In this document: positions 1 to 11,390 of the stretch, one piece after another | Position numbering within the stretch: position 1 is the first letter of the stretch | Layout of the letters: each line of letters opens with the position of its first letter | NCBI GenBank assembly: GCA_964187785.1 | Contig: OZ076409.1 | Location: 60,328,001 to 60,392,000 of the forward strand | Direction of reading: 5' to 3' | DNA: 64,000 nucleotides | Origin: Amphiscolops sp. MND2022 | Lineage: Eukaryota | The notes under the pieces: generated by a model | What the model was told of the DNA's origin: nothing | Seen by the model: only the letters and a program-made list of their open reading frames with translations | Databases searched by the model: none | Made by a program: the position numbers and the translations under genes

Positions 1-202
1 CATTTCAAGACCTAGTGTTGCGCAATAGATAGACAATCTCTGTTTTCTGTCATCTTTTACTCAATCTTCTCAACCTCTTCGCGTCTTCAATTTCGTAGTT
101 CATTACTTCTCAGTATTTCTTAAAATACATTTCTACCTTGAACAATAAAAAAACTTAAAGCTACAAAGTCATGTTTTCATCTCTAAAAAACGTTTTGTTT
201 AG

Positions 203-824
203 ATATTACATAATCGCAAATTACCTGACTCTGTTCGGAATCAATCCTACGACCGGAGAGCTATACACTGATGGGAAAATGGACTTCGAACAAGGACACG
301 TTGCCGACTTGAAAATTCGCGCAATCAACGAAAAAGCTGGAATTTCTCAAGGCGAGGATAACTCGGCGCTAGATTTTTCGTCGTCAGATTTGAACGTTCG
401 GGTGAGATTAAAAGACAAAAACGACAATACCCCTGTTTTTGAGGACCAGGTCATGCAAATATTTGTACGGGAAAACGAACCCGTGGGCTCAGTAATTGGA
501 ACCGTTACTGCTACCGATGAAGACTCAGGATCTAACGGGAAGATACTTTACTCAATCTTGGATCAAAGCCCAAAAAATAAAGTTGAAATTGACAGTTCTA
601 AAGGCACGTTAACCCTTTTGGAGAGTATCGATTACGAGCAAACCCAAGAAATTGATGTCGTCATAATGGCACGTGACCTTCCGGACGACGAGAGCCAATC
701 AAGAGCGAGCTACTCTACTGTTGTAGTCAAAGTGTTAGATGAAAACGATAACAATCCTGTTTTTGAAGGCAACGATTCCATTGTCATCAGCGAGGATCAT
801 GATTTACAGTTCTCTTTCTTCAAG
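203..824 (+). CDS. ds: Internal coding exon of a Dachsous-like (Fat/Dachsous family) cadherin; about 2 extracellular cadherin repeats
   Basis: Cadherin motifs DFE, DKNDNTPVF, ATDEDSGSNG, IDYE and DENDNNPVF. Acceptor ttttgtttag ends at 202 and donor AAG|GTTAGT begins at 825 (phase 0). The stretch ARDLPDDESQSRASYSTVVVKVLDENDNNPVFEGNDSIVISED resembles my recollection of DCHS1 ATDRPANASRRRAARVSARVFVTDENDNAPVFASPSRVRLPED. The cadherin call is strong; the ds orthology is inference. Confidence 0.9.
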
Positions 825-1351
825 GTTAGTCATCTCAAAAACGTGTCAATTATGAAAGACAATTAATAGTTCAGCAATTAATCTAATTTTACATTTCTGA
901 AGCCATCAAAAGTTTTCTTTCTGGTATTTTTGATGCTTTTTTTCAATTTCCAAGAACTTCCTTCAAAAGAAAGATTAATGATATCTTTTGTGTAATCTTG
1001 GTTTTTCCTGATCATTAAATGGGTTTTCGCATTGCTGTGATCTCAAATATTTGAAAACTAATGAGATTTTGCGTAATCAAAGCTGATAATTTGAAAATAA
1101 AACTGATAGAAGATTGTAGAAAGTTTGTATATTCACTCGATGTCGAGATGGTTTTTAATGATAGTTCAACTACTTTGCTGAGAAGAAAACGGATGATTAA
1201 TTAACTCGATGGTTGCATTTCTGCTTCTGAAAAGCGTTTAAAAATGTTCCAACTGGAGTTGAATTCTAGAGTTAGGTAAAAACTACTTTAATCACACCTT
1301 GTAGTTTAACATCTCGCATTTTTTATATGGTTCTAAAAGACTAGTATTTCT

Positions 1352-1905
1352 GGTAAATGGTCACTTGGCTTAATGCCATTTGGCTTAAAGTCATTTGGCT
1401 TAATACAATTGGTCACTTGGCTTAATTTTTTTAGACTAAGTGTCTCGGGTATTGGTCACTTGGCTTGAAGACATTTGACTTAAAACCACTTAGTTGAAAA
1501 CACGTGGCAGATTTTGTCGAATTTATCTTTATAACGAAGTCAGCGTATTATTATAACATGTCATATCAAGTACCCCTCGGATATGTCCCCATTTCCTCTA
1601 GTGCCCTGCGGCCCCTTGGGGCCGCTTATATTCCCATCTTGCTAAGCGAGGTCGAACAGGAGCAAAGACCTAGCGGGAACGAAGATCGCGAAGCGATCGT
1701 AGTGGGAGCTGGTCTTTGCGACGGTGAGGGCGAGCGTGCATACACCGCATATGCCCCACATGATAGTTCCGGGAGTTGACATATTTATTCCTTGAGTTGG
1801 AATGGAGTTGGCTTAATTTTGTGGTCACTTGGCTTAAAATTTTTAAGCCAAATGACTCGACGAAAAAATTAAGCCAAATGGTATTAAGCCAAGTGACTGG
1901 TAACC
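1352..1905. mobile_element. Non-autonomous TIR DNA transposon (MITE/foldback-like, GG...CC ends, about 15-bp subterminal repeats with core CACTTGGCTTAA)
   Basis: Inverted termini GGTAAATGGTCACTTGGCTTAATGCCATTTGGCTTAA and TTAAGCCAAATGGTATTAAGCCAAGTGACTGGTAACC. 8-bp TSD GTATTTCT at 1344-1351 and 1906-1913. Confidence 0.85.
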
Positions 1906-2582
1906 GTATTTCTGATCCAAGCTGAATACCGTCATTTGATTGCGTCAAAGTTGTTTGTATAATTAAATTTCACTGCCACTTGCGACATAGATATTAGATA
2001 TTATTGACTGTAACCGGGCAAATAATGAATGCCCTTTCATCAATTGATCATTCGCTGAGAGTTGACAGGCTACCTTCAGTGGAATGCAAAAGGTAGAAAA
2101 GGAAAGTAAGAAAGAAACACCATTCCCGTTTTCTGGTATTTTCTTTTATTTCCATCATGGATAGTAAAAAATTATTTGTTCTTGTTCAAGTAACGAAGCT
2201 TAAAACTGCAATTTTGAATTCTTTTGAAGAGAAACTTCTAAAATTTACAAAGAGTAATTTGTTTTAAAAACTTCTCATCAATTGAAAGATTTACATGCGA
2301 AGATTATTTTATTTTGATTTTTCTTTTGGAAAACGTATGCCTCTTATGTCAGTATAGCGTATTTTCAGTTACAATCAGATATCAATTCCACGACGTTGTT
2401 AAGAGGTTTTGTTGAACATATCCAAAGATTTCATACTCAAAAGTTGTAGTTAATGTAATTTTGAATTTTCTTGTGTTGCCTTTTCACTTATTGAATTTTT
2501 TATGTTGAGAGTTTTCATGTTCACCATGTTCTCAAATCGAGACGTTATGCATACAATTTCTGTAGAAATGTCATATGCATTG

Positions 2583-3930
2583 TTTTTAGTCGGCGCTTTT
2601 CGAAACAAGCCGGGAACGGCCAACGTCGGCGCTATGTCTCAGGCTCAAAATGCGCAAATGTTTTAAAATTGTGAAAAGGGGGACTCTTCGGGCTTTTTAA
2701 AACCCCAGTTTGTTGCAAAGATGAAAACAATGAAGGTACCCTTTGGAGACTCTAAAAAGTTTCCGAAAAAAAGTGATTTTTGAACAGCGTCACAGTGCCG
2801 AAAAATGAATCCCCCGTCGGGATTTTTACCATCCATTGTGTTGCAGAACATCGAAGCAAAAAAAGGGGGACCCTTTGGTGCTTTCCTAAAAAAGTCTCAG
2901 AGTGCCAAAAAAAATCTAAGTGAAAAACACCAAGATAGCCAAAGGGGAGTCCTTGGTATCTTTTCGAGGTTCTGGACGTCGGTTTTGTTTCTTTTCGTTT
3001 TGGACGAGGTTCTGTGGTTTCGAGTGTTTTGAACCTCCGTAGTTCAAGTTGTTGAACGAATGAAAAAAAAGTGGACCTTACACGTCTAAAAAACTACCCA
3101 CTGTAAGAGTCGGGCGTTTTATTCAAAAGCGCCGGGTAAAAAGAACCCACTATTGCAGTGGTTTTTCTTGAGACCAGCGAATTGACAGATTTCTAAAAGC
3201 TAAGCAATTCTATTACTTTAAGCAACTACTTAGCTGTAACTCAGTAACATGTAACTGCCATTTGGCCTAGAGGTTGACACGGATTTGCTGAGCTCTGAAA
3301 GCAGGAGTGCGTGGCTTCGAGTTTCGCAGTTTACCAAGTTTTTTAATGATTGCAAAAATAGAGAGAGACCAAAGGGTCATTCTTTTGTTTTTTTCTGCAC
3401 TATGCCACTTTTTTCAGTTTTTTTTTCCAGTCTGAACTCTTTTTAGTTTTTCAGCAAATAGCAGCGTTTTGCGAAAAAAGATGGCTACTTTTAGTTTTTC
3501 GGCACTATGCGACTTACCGAATTGAAAAAATTGAAATAATTGAAATATTTTCACAGTTTTCGTTTTTTGAGGTTTTCTTCAAAATGAAAGTGTGTCCCGA
3601 GTCTTGAGGGTGCCTGTTTGTTAAATTTTCATCCTGTGGAACAGATGAGTTTTCCTAATGGTAATGGAATAGACTTTTTTAGCATTGTGGCCTCTCCGAC
3701 TGTTTTGCGAAACGTTCTTCTTAATGGCGGGCTGCAAGCCCCTTTTTTAGCACTAGGAGACTTCCGAACGAAAATTTAAAATTAAAAAAGTTTCAATTTT
3801 AAATTTATTTTATTAACTGGTTTTTGATGTTTCCAGTTGGGGAAAACGGTTTTTGGAGTCTTTTTGTATCCTTCCGGGTATTTCTCGACCCTGTAAATTT
3901 GATCGAATTTTCGCAATTGTTTCGCAAATT
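2583..3930 (+). mobile_element. DINE-1/Helentron-like non-autonomous element (outer copy) interrupted by a nested copy
   Basis: The 5' end TTTTTAGTCGGCGCTTTTCG resumes after about 3142 with AAGAACCCACTATTGCAGTG. A tRNA-like module lies at 3263-3336. The 3' boundary is approximate. Confidence 0.6.
2605..3141 (-). mobile_element. DINE-1/Helentron-like element (nested inner copy)
   Basis: One end reads ACAAG-CCGGGAACGG-CCAACGTCGGCGC-TATGTCTCAGGCTC. The other end is a stem-loop, AGTCGGGCGTTTT...AAAAGCGCCGGGTAAAAA. The body is similar to copies at 14064 and 18815. Confidence 0.75.
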
Positions 3931-3996
3931 TTTCACTGCGGCTGTTCACATGTGCAGATGATCATTTTTTAATGCGACCTGGCAATAATTCTCTCA

Positions 3997-4523
3997 TTTT
4001 TAGTCGGCGCTTTTACAAATAAAAGAGCCCGACTATTACAGTCACTCGTTTTTTTTCTTCAAGACAGACTCGAAGCGACGAACGTTAAACTTAACGTTCA
4101 ACTACTAAATACAGTACTTAACTACTGGACCCTGGACCGGCAAAGGCAAACGGGAAGCGCATTTAGGATAGGGTTGCAAAGGGTCCCTGCTTTCAGTTAC
4201 TCCATTTTTATCGTAAGATACAAAACAGGACGAGACTATAGGGTTTGAGTTTTTTCGGCACTGTGCGACTTTTTTTCGAAATTTGTTTTGTCTCCAAAGG
4301 GTCCCCCCCTCAAGTTTTTTGATATTTTACAGCAAATTGAAGTTTCAAAAAGCCCAAAGGGTCTCCCCTTTCAAGTTTTTCGGCACTAAGAGACTGGCTC
4401 AAAATTTTTATTTGTCGACTTTTCTTTTCAAAAAACCCAAAGGGTCCCCCTTTTACAATTTCAAAAAGTTTGAGCTTTTTGAGCCTTAGATATGGCGCCG
4501 TCTTGAGACGTTCCGTCTTGTTT
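3997..4523 (+). mobile_element. DINE-1/Helentron-like non-autonomous element
   Basis: 5' end: T-run, AGTCGGCGC subTIR and an inverted copy (GCCCGACT). 3' end: GATATGGCGCCGTCTT, hairpin AGACGTTCCGTCT, then TGTTT. Confidence 0.75.
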
Positions 4524-7500
4524 ATTTCTGCGATAGCAGGAATAATATTGAAACCTCAAGATTTTCACTTTTTTGTTCAGTACAATTCTTGTCGTGATAC
4601 TGAAAAATTCAGATAATTTGTTCGGCAGTGAGTATAAGCGTGAGATTTAATTTTGTCACGCTGCCGAAAACAGTTCGTTTCTCGTGTGATGGAACGAGCG
4701 AGTGGTAATTATGCATTCGTACGCCGAATTCACTGAGATGAAGCGAATGAGTGTTAATTATTTGTTCGTTGAAAGCTTCGCCTGCATTCAAATGCGAATG
4801 CGAAACTTCGTCTACGCTTAGTAGTTATATTTTCTTTAGTCCGAGAAAAATTAAAGGCGGTGTAAGCTGGTAGTGATTAATTGTGCTTTTTTAGCACGAT
4901 TTCCAAATTATATTTTGTCCAAGTTTGCATCTTTCATTTGCACCCATTTAAATTCAAGCTTGTGTAGAGAAAAGTTGATGAATGCCATTTGATAAGTTTG
5001 ATGATTCAATTACAGACAGTGTTGATCTCAAGTTAAGGTTTATACTTTGGTTCAAAATCAATACTGTCATTTTATGAACAAAATTTGCTCAATCTTTTTT
5101 TACTTATTCAGCTTTTCCTGCAGAGTGTCAGAATGGTATTACCAAAAAATGTTAATAAAAAACGCCACCGTGCGGTTATCATTTTGGGCCAAAGGGGAAA
5201 GGATTACGACTTCATCAAGTGGTGTGACCAGACTGATTGGAGCTATGATTGAGCAGTATATGTCAGTTCGGAAGAGATAGCAATCCCAGTTGAGCGATTA
5301 GCTGATCCATAGATAAAATCCTATCCCAACGCACTCGCAAGCAAAAATTGATACTCGTCGAAATGGGATTTTTATGGTCCGTGGGGAGAAAGCAAGCCCG
5401 CAAAGTTGTCACCCAGGCGCCACTTCTTTTGGCTCAATTTTTCATGCTCATAAAATTATAATTGCTGTTGACTCGGGGAAGTGGAGGGGAAAGGGGGAGA
5501 AAAATCTACACGGAGTCGTGTGTGTTAACCAACAGTTGAAATAATGTCATTTTTAAACCAAGTTTTCATCATCAAGTGATTAAATATTTGGTTAATATAA
5601 AATGATAGATAGTTTTGAAACGTCAATCATGGACTGATTTTGGCCTCAGTTGTAATTTTAGACGAAGCTCAAATTTTTGGAAGCAATTTTTGGCTGTATC
5701 ATATCCTGGGGCACTAAATGGAAATAAATCAACTCATGACTGGAGTTTAGAATGAGGTCTTAGTTTAATTCAGAAAAACGTAGAATTAAGGTATATAATT
5801 AGTTTTATGAAACTATTCAAATTACTTTTCATGTCTTCGTTTCCTGGCATAAGTTTTTTCTAATCCCCTTTTTTGCGATTTTTCAAAAAACGATAGTCGG
5901 TTTCTGGGTCAGCTTAACAAAATCTATATTCGCAAACCATAGCTCCATATTGTCGCCACGTCATCATTGACTAATCGATAATTTCATCTTATCAAAGTAT
6001 CTTTACTGGAGTTTTTGTGTTCCAAGTTTTTGTTCACGAATACAGGGGAACACACATGTACGAGACTTTCAAAAGTTTGATTGAGACAATTTTCCAAAAA
6101 GCAGTAGCGTACAAAAAAACCCTTCAAGTTAAATTAGTTTCAAAAAGTCTAATGACTTTGGACAATCGACTGTTTCATGTTTTGATGGGATGTTTCACTC
6201 TGAAATGGGTTTTGGGTTTTGAAATAACAAGTTGTGTTAGCATAAAACTGCAAAAATATCTGTGACTGTGCTATTTGGCCATTGAGACAAAACAGCCCAT
6301 TGAAACAAAACGAACGAAAATAATTTAATGATGAAAAGTGGTTGCTTGTTAAAAACAAGCTTCTGTTTAGAATTGGTGGTAGCCTGAGAAAACAAGATAC
6401 AGTCATTTTAATAACAAGGGTGATTACTGATTAGAGAAAACTATTAAAGTGTTAATCCTAATATGAACCCTATATCTGACGCTCAAATAATTTTGATGCT
6501 ATAAAATACAATAATGGAGAATTTACAGAATCTGTACAATCTGGATACATTGACAGGCATTTAACTTCAAAAGCACTTTGAATCTTCAGGTAGTTCGTCT
6601 TTATTTCAACTTATGTTGGAAATTACCTGTAATCCTTGATACCCAGGCTCAGATTTCAGTTTTCTTTGTATGCACTTCGAAACATGTGCGATTGATTAAA
6701 CTCAAATAATTTGAAAATGGGAAACTTGAACGCTGTGAAGTTCACTTAATCTCAACTCAGTTCACATGTTATGCAATTTGGTCAGCCGTTTTTTGTTGTC
6801 AAAGTGTGAGCAGGTTGACACATTCAAACTTGTTCGCACTTGCTGGGTGGAAACTTTGATCTAGTTGAAACATGAAACAGCTGCTTTGAATTACACGATA
6901 TAATTTTTCTTATTCATTCTACAGTGTAGATAGGGTCACTACTAACTGTAGACTGGTTAGTAACAAACAACTACCGGTAACTATGCGCTCCATAAATAAA
7001 CTCACTGGAAGGCTACTTTTGAAATGTAAAAGGTAACTACTGTTTATTCCACATGTTACAAGTTTATTCCATCATAAAACTTCTGCAAAATGCGTCGCGA
7101 GTTTCACTAGGTCTATAAATTTATACGCCCGGTGCATGCTATAAAAGAACACCTTACAATTAAAAAAATTGTTGACAAAAATTAAATAAATCCTGTTACA
7201 AATACATATGTACATAGACTGTAAATCTTTTACATGAAGCTATTACCAAAATAATTTATAGTCAAGGTTATATTTTTTCCTCCCTTGATACGTCAGCAGC
7301 TTGTTCAAAAACTACATTTTTGATTTTACAAGTTGATCTGTAAGTGTTTTCACTCGTAATTTTATGGTCCTTAAACAACATCTGTCACCAGCATACTCCC
7401 ACTAGTTTAGACATCTCTCTAGATTTTATGATGTCCCCACAAAGACACATTTTGGTTTTCAATTTCCGCTCATGTATCACGCATACGAAACAAAAATATC

Positions 7501-9577
7501 TCTCGATCGGCGGTTTTGACATTTTTTATGTGAGGCGGAAAATTCGTCGCCAGTGATTTCGTCTTCAATAAACTGCGAGAAAACTCGTCGCAAGAAAACT
7601 CGTCGTTAGAAAATTTGTGAAGATATTCGTCATCAGAAAGTCCATCGTGTTTCCCAATAAAAAGCGTCAATTTAATGTCTGCTAAGGTATATATTAGAAA
7701 ACCGTAATGTCGAATCTTTTTAGGTCTGATCAGCAGAGCTAGTCATGATGACAATAGATCTTTCAGCAGTACGTAGGTAGTTTCAAATTATACTTTCGCC
7801 GTTCAAGTTTTCGACCAAACGCTTGACGTCCTAGCTCTACCCACAAACCATTTTACAGTAATCATGTTTCGGTTGGTGATAAAACTCCTCAATTGCTGTA
7901 TGCAAAATTGCCAAATAAACACATTCAGCGAGCTTTTTTTGTTTTGAAGAAGTAGTTCAATCCGAAAAGTTATTTTGATTTTCAAGTCACCGGTTTTTCT
8001 ACCATTCGATATCCAGTGCTCTTAGTTGATTGCAAGCTCCCCCGCCGCAGAGCCCTTTTAATTCTGGTTGCGATTGCCCGGTCACCTGGTGATAGGTGAC
8101 CTTTCATGGTAGGAACTAGCAGTCTTTCAAAAAGCATCTCTTATGGACTTTATGAGTGGACACCACAAAAATATCATTAGTAAAAAAATATAATTTTTGG
8201 AAACAGTTGTAAAATGGAAGCTCTATAAATTTTCATCGCGATGTGAAAAAAGGTTTTTTTTCACATATTCCACCATACTTACAATGCAGGCTAGTTTTCG
8301 TTTATATTTTTGTAATGTTTATGCAACCCAACTCTATTTTGGAAACAAATTCTTGTCTCAAAGAGAACTACAAAAAATTGAAAGAAGAAGAAAGCAAATT
8401 TCCCCAATTCCGCAGGGTGGACGCCGAATAAGCCGTTCTGCTTTTCTAAGTAGGCTCCCTTTCGGATACTATCTCCCCATAGCAAGCTATGGTTCCATAT
8501 TTGCAACCAAGTGGTCAAGCAACGGCGGACTTGAAGCTGAGAAAGAGAGGTTTCACATGGTCATTTCCCGAGAACTATTTTCCTGTCAACGAATTTGCCG
8601 ACGACGAAGTTTCTGATTGAAACATTTTTCTAGAAAAAAATTTAATGAGAGTGCCTAAGTGTTAAGTTCCAAACTGAACTTAAGTAGCCAAAGCGAAAGT
8701 CTCTGGTCTTTTATTTTCCCAAACTTTCGATAGTTTCAATTCACTTTTTGTAGCAGGAGATTTTTGGCTACGCTCGTGTTTTGAAAAAATATTGTTACTG
8801 AAACAAATCAAGATGGAAGTAATCAGTTGCTCGACGGGCGTCTTGTTGTGTTTTTTGAAAGCAATGCATTTTGGCGAATCTTTCCCATCGGAAAAACCTC
8901 AGTACCAAGAATCTGAGCAATCCAGTTAATCAGCACAATATCATTCGAATTAGCACATGGCTACTCAAATTATCGAAAAAGGCAGGTTGCTCATCTTTTT
9001 AAAGAATTTTTATCGATGCCGAAAAATTCTTCAATTTTTTTCTGTCGGTGTCTTTAAATTTTTAGAATCCTAGAAAGATAAAAGCCGCGAAAAGTACGTG
9101 AATTTTTCTGGCATTCAATCGTGGTTTGTATGTTTGATTAACATACTACTTCAAAAAAAGACACAAGATAAGCTTCGAGAACTACCACCTGTCAAAAATA
9201 AACGAACTGGGCGACTTCTACTTAGCTGAAATTTGAAACTAGAGGACGCTCTGAGTATCAAAAAACTCTGTGTCTCCTTGGATATTTTTTCCTCTTATCA
9301 ATGGAAAAAAGCTACAGAAAAATTTCTGACTAGCTATAATAGCAAAAAGGGCTGCCTAAAAATTCATTTTCGAAATCTTTAAAAAACTATCAACATTCAT
9401 TTTGTTCGATTTGCATCATCAATTTTTGTTAAAAGAGAAAGGAAGTTGATTAAAATGATGTTATATCGACGCAACGCTTTAAAATGCTGTCGTATTTTTC
9501 AAGGAAATCTCTGTGTGTCAAAATGTAGAACCGAGGCATAATACATGTGTATGCTGTCAGTGACTCATATGTATATT

Positions 9578-11390
9578 GTATCATCTGTCCCATTCATAAG
9601 AAAGGAGATACCTCGGACCCCAATAACTATCGGGGGGTGTCACTGATAAATTGCATCTGCAAAATATTTACGTCACTCATTGAAACGCGCATTCGTAATC
9701 ATCTTGATGCGACGGGAACAATAGGTAACGAACAAGCTGGTTTCAGGAAAGGTATCAGCTGTCAAGATCAAATCTTTCTGTTGTCCAAAATTGTAGATTT
9801 TTATCTAACCAAACGGAAGCGACTATATGCAACATTTATTGACTATGAAAAAGCATTTGACACAATTGATCGTGCTCTACTGTGGAAGAAACTATATGCA
9901 GTGGACATCAACGGTAAAATACTGAACGTTATTCGTGACATTTACCAAAAGACGAAAGCATATATTAGATTCAATATGGAGCGTTCAGCATCTTTTCCGT
10001 GTGAAATAGGGGTACGTCAAGGAGATGTGCTTTCACCGCTCCTCTTCCAGGTGTTCATTAATGATTTCGAAACACACATGAGATTTTCCTCTTGCAATGG
10101 CTTAACTACTCTCAAGACATTTGTGAATGATAACTTAGGTAACGATGACATTGAAATAATTTTTAAGCTCTTTGTGCTTCTTTATGCCGATGACACCATT
10201 CTTTTGGCAGAATCTGAGAAAGATATGCAAAAAGCTCTCGAAGCTGCGTCACTTTATTGTTCGGAGAATAATCTGAAAATCAATTGTGGAAAAACGAAGT
10301 ATATGATCTTTTCAAGAGGGAAAGTTAGAAAGGCTATCCCCATGTTTGTGAACGATTCCCCGATAGAAAGAGTAGATAGCTTCTGCTACTTGGGTGTGAT
10401 TTTCAAATATAACAATACATTTCAACTTGCCATTAAACATAATATCGATAAAGCTAAAAAAGCACTATTCAAAATGTTAGTTGAAACATCGGATTACCAC
10501 ATAGCAATCGAAACGAAATTACATATGTTCGACTCGATGATCCTTCCAATTTTAACGTACGGATGTGAGGTGTAGGGTTATGAAAATTTGGAGCAAATCG
10601 AGGTGTATCATAGATTCTTTCTGAAGAAACTTTTGAGTTTACGAAGTAGCGTCCCGAATGCCATGATTTATGGTGAACTAGGTCGGCATGAAATTCGATT
10701 CCACATATGGTCAAGAATGATAATGTTCTGGAAGAGATTAGTGGATAACCCAAACAAGTATTCATCTGTTCTTTATTACAGTTTTTCAGCCAGCGATTTA
10801 AGCGACAAGTGGCTGGGAACCATTAGACATATACTGATAGAATGCGGTATACCGGGTGCTTTCGAACATATCTCTGAAATTGGTTATACTCATTTGAAAA
10901 ATAGTATCAAACATAAATTGGAAGAAATTGGGACCCACTATTGGAGAATTTCTATGGAAAAGAATGACTTATGCCAAGGATACAATGTATATAAACATTA
11001 TTTGAGGATGGAGTCTTATATACGTTTGTTGCCCTATAAAAACATAGTTGAGCTAAGTAGATTTCGCTGCGCGTCCATGGTTTCTGCTAGGACTAAGAAT
11101 AAATTTACATCTGAATATAATAACTTGTGTACTCTCTGTGAAACCGCGACTCTTGCCGATGAATACCATTTATTGCTAGTTTGCAGTAAACTGAAAGAAC
11201 AGCGTGCCAAATATTTAGATGAATATTTCCTGAACTACCCCAACATTTTAAAATTTGACCAGCTGATGAATCAAACTTGTCCCTTAAAACTTTCTAAACT
11301 TGCTACGTTTTGTAAAACCATTACCGACTGTTATCGCTGTAATCAAAGTTTGTAATTTGTACACCCGAGTGGGTAACAAATGATAATTCA
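9578..11390 (+). mobile_element. 5'-truncated non-LTR retrotransposon (RTE-X-like LINE): RT domain plus C-terminal Cys/His domain, one nonsense mutation
   Basis: RT motifs PIHKKGD, NYRGVSL, EQAGFR, FIDYEKAFD, GVRQGDVLSPLLF, YADD and YLGV. ORFs 9547-10575 and 10588-11355 are in one frame, split only by TAG at 10573-10575 where YGCEVWG predicts TGG. The C-terminus contains CTLC...DEYHLLLVC. There is no endonuclease domain. The clade is inferred and the ends are approximate. Confidence 0.9.

Noticed and set aside
171..866. ORF-track 231-aa and 109-aa (60480-60809) ORFs as complete single-exon genes
   Set aside because: Their ends run into intron sequence. Splice sites and phases show they are internal exons of one gene.
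1352..1905. Regularly spaced short repeats as a possible CRISPR array (also 45718-46141 and 49690-49830)
   Set aside because: The repeats are 10-15 bp with no unique spacers, sit as inverted arms of MITEs, have no cas genes nearby and are in a eukaryotic context.
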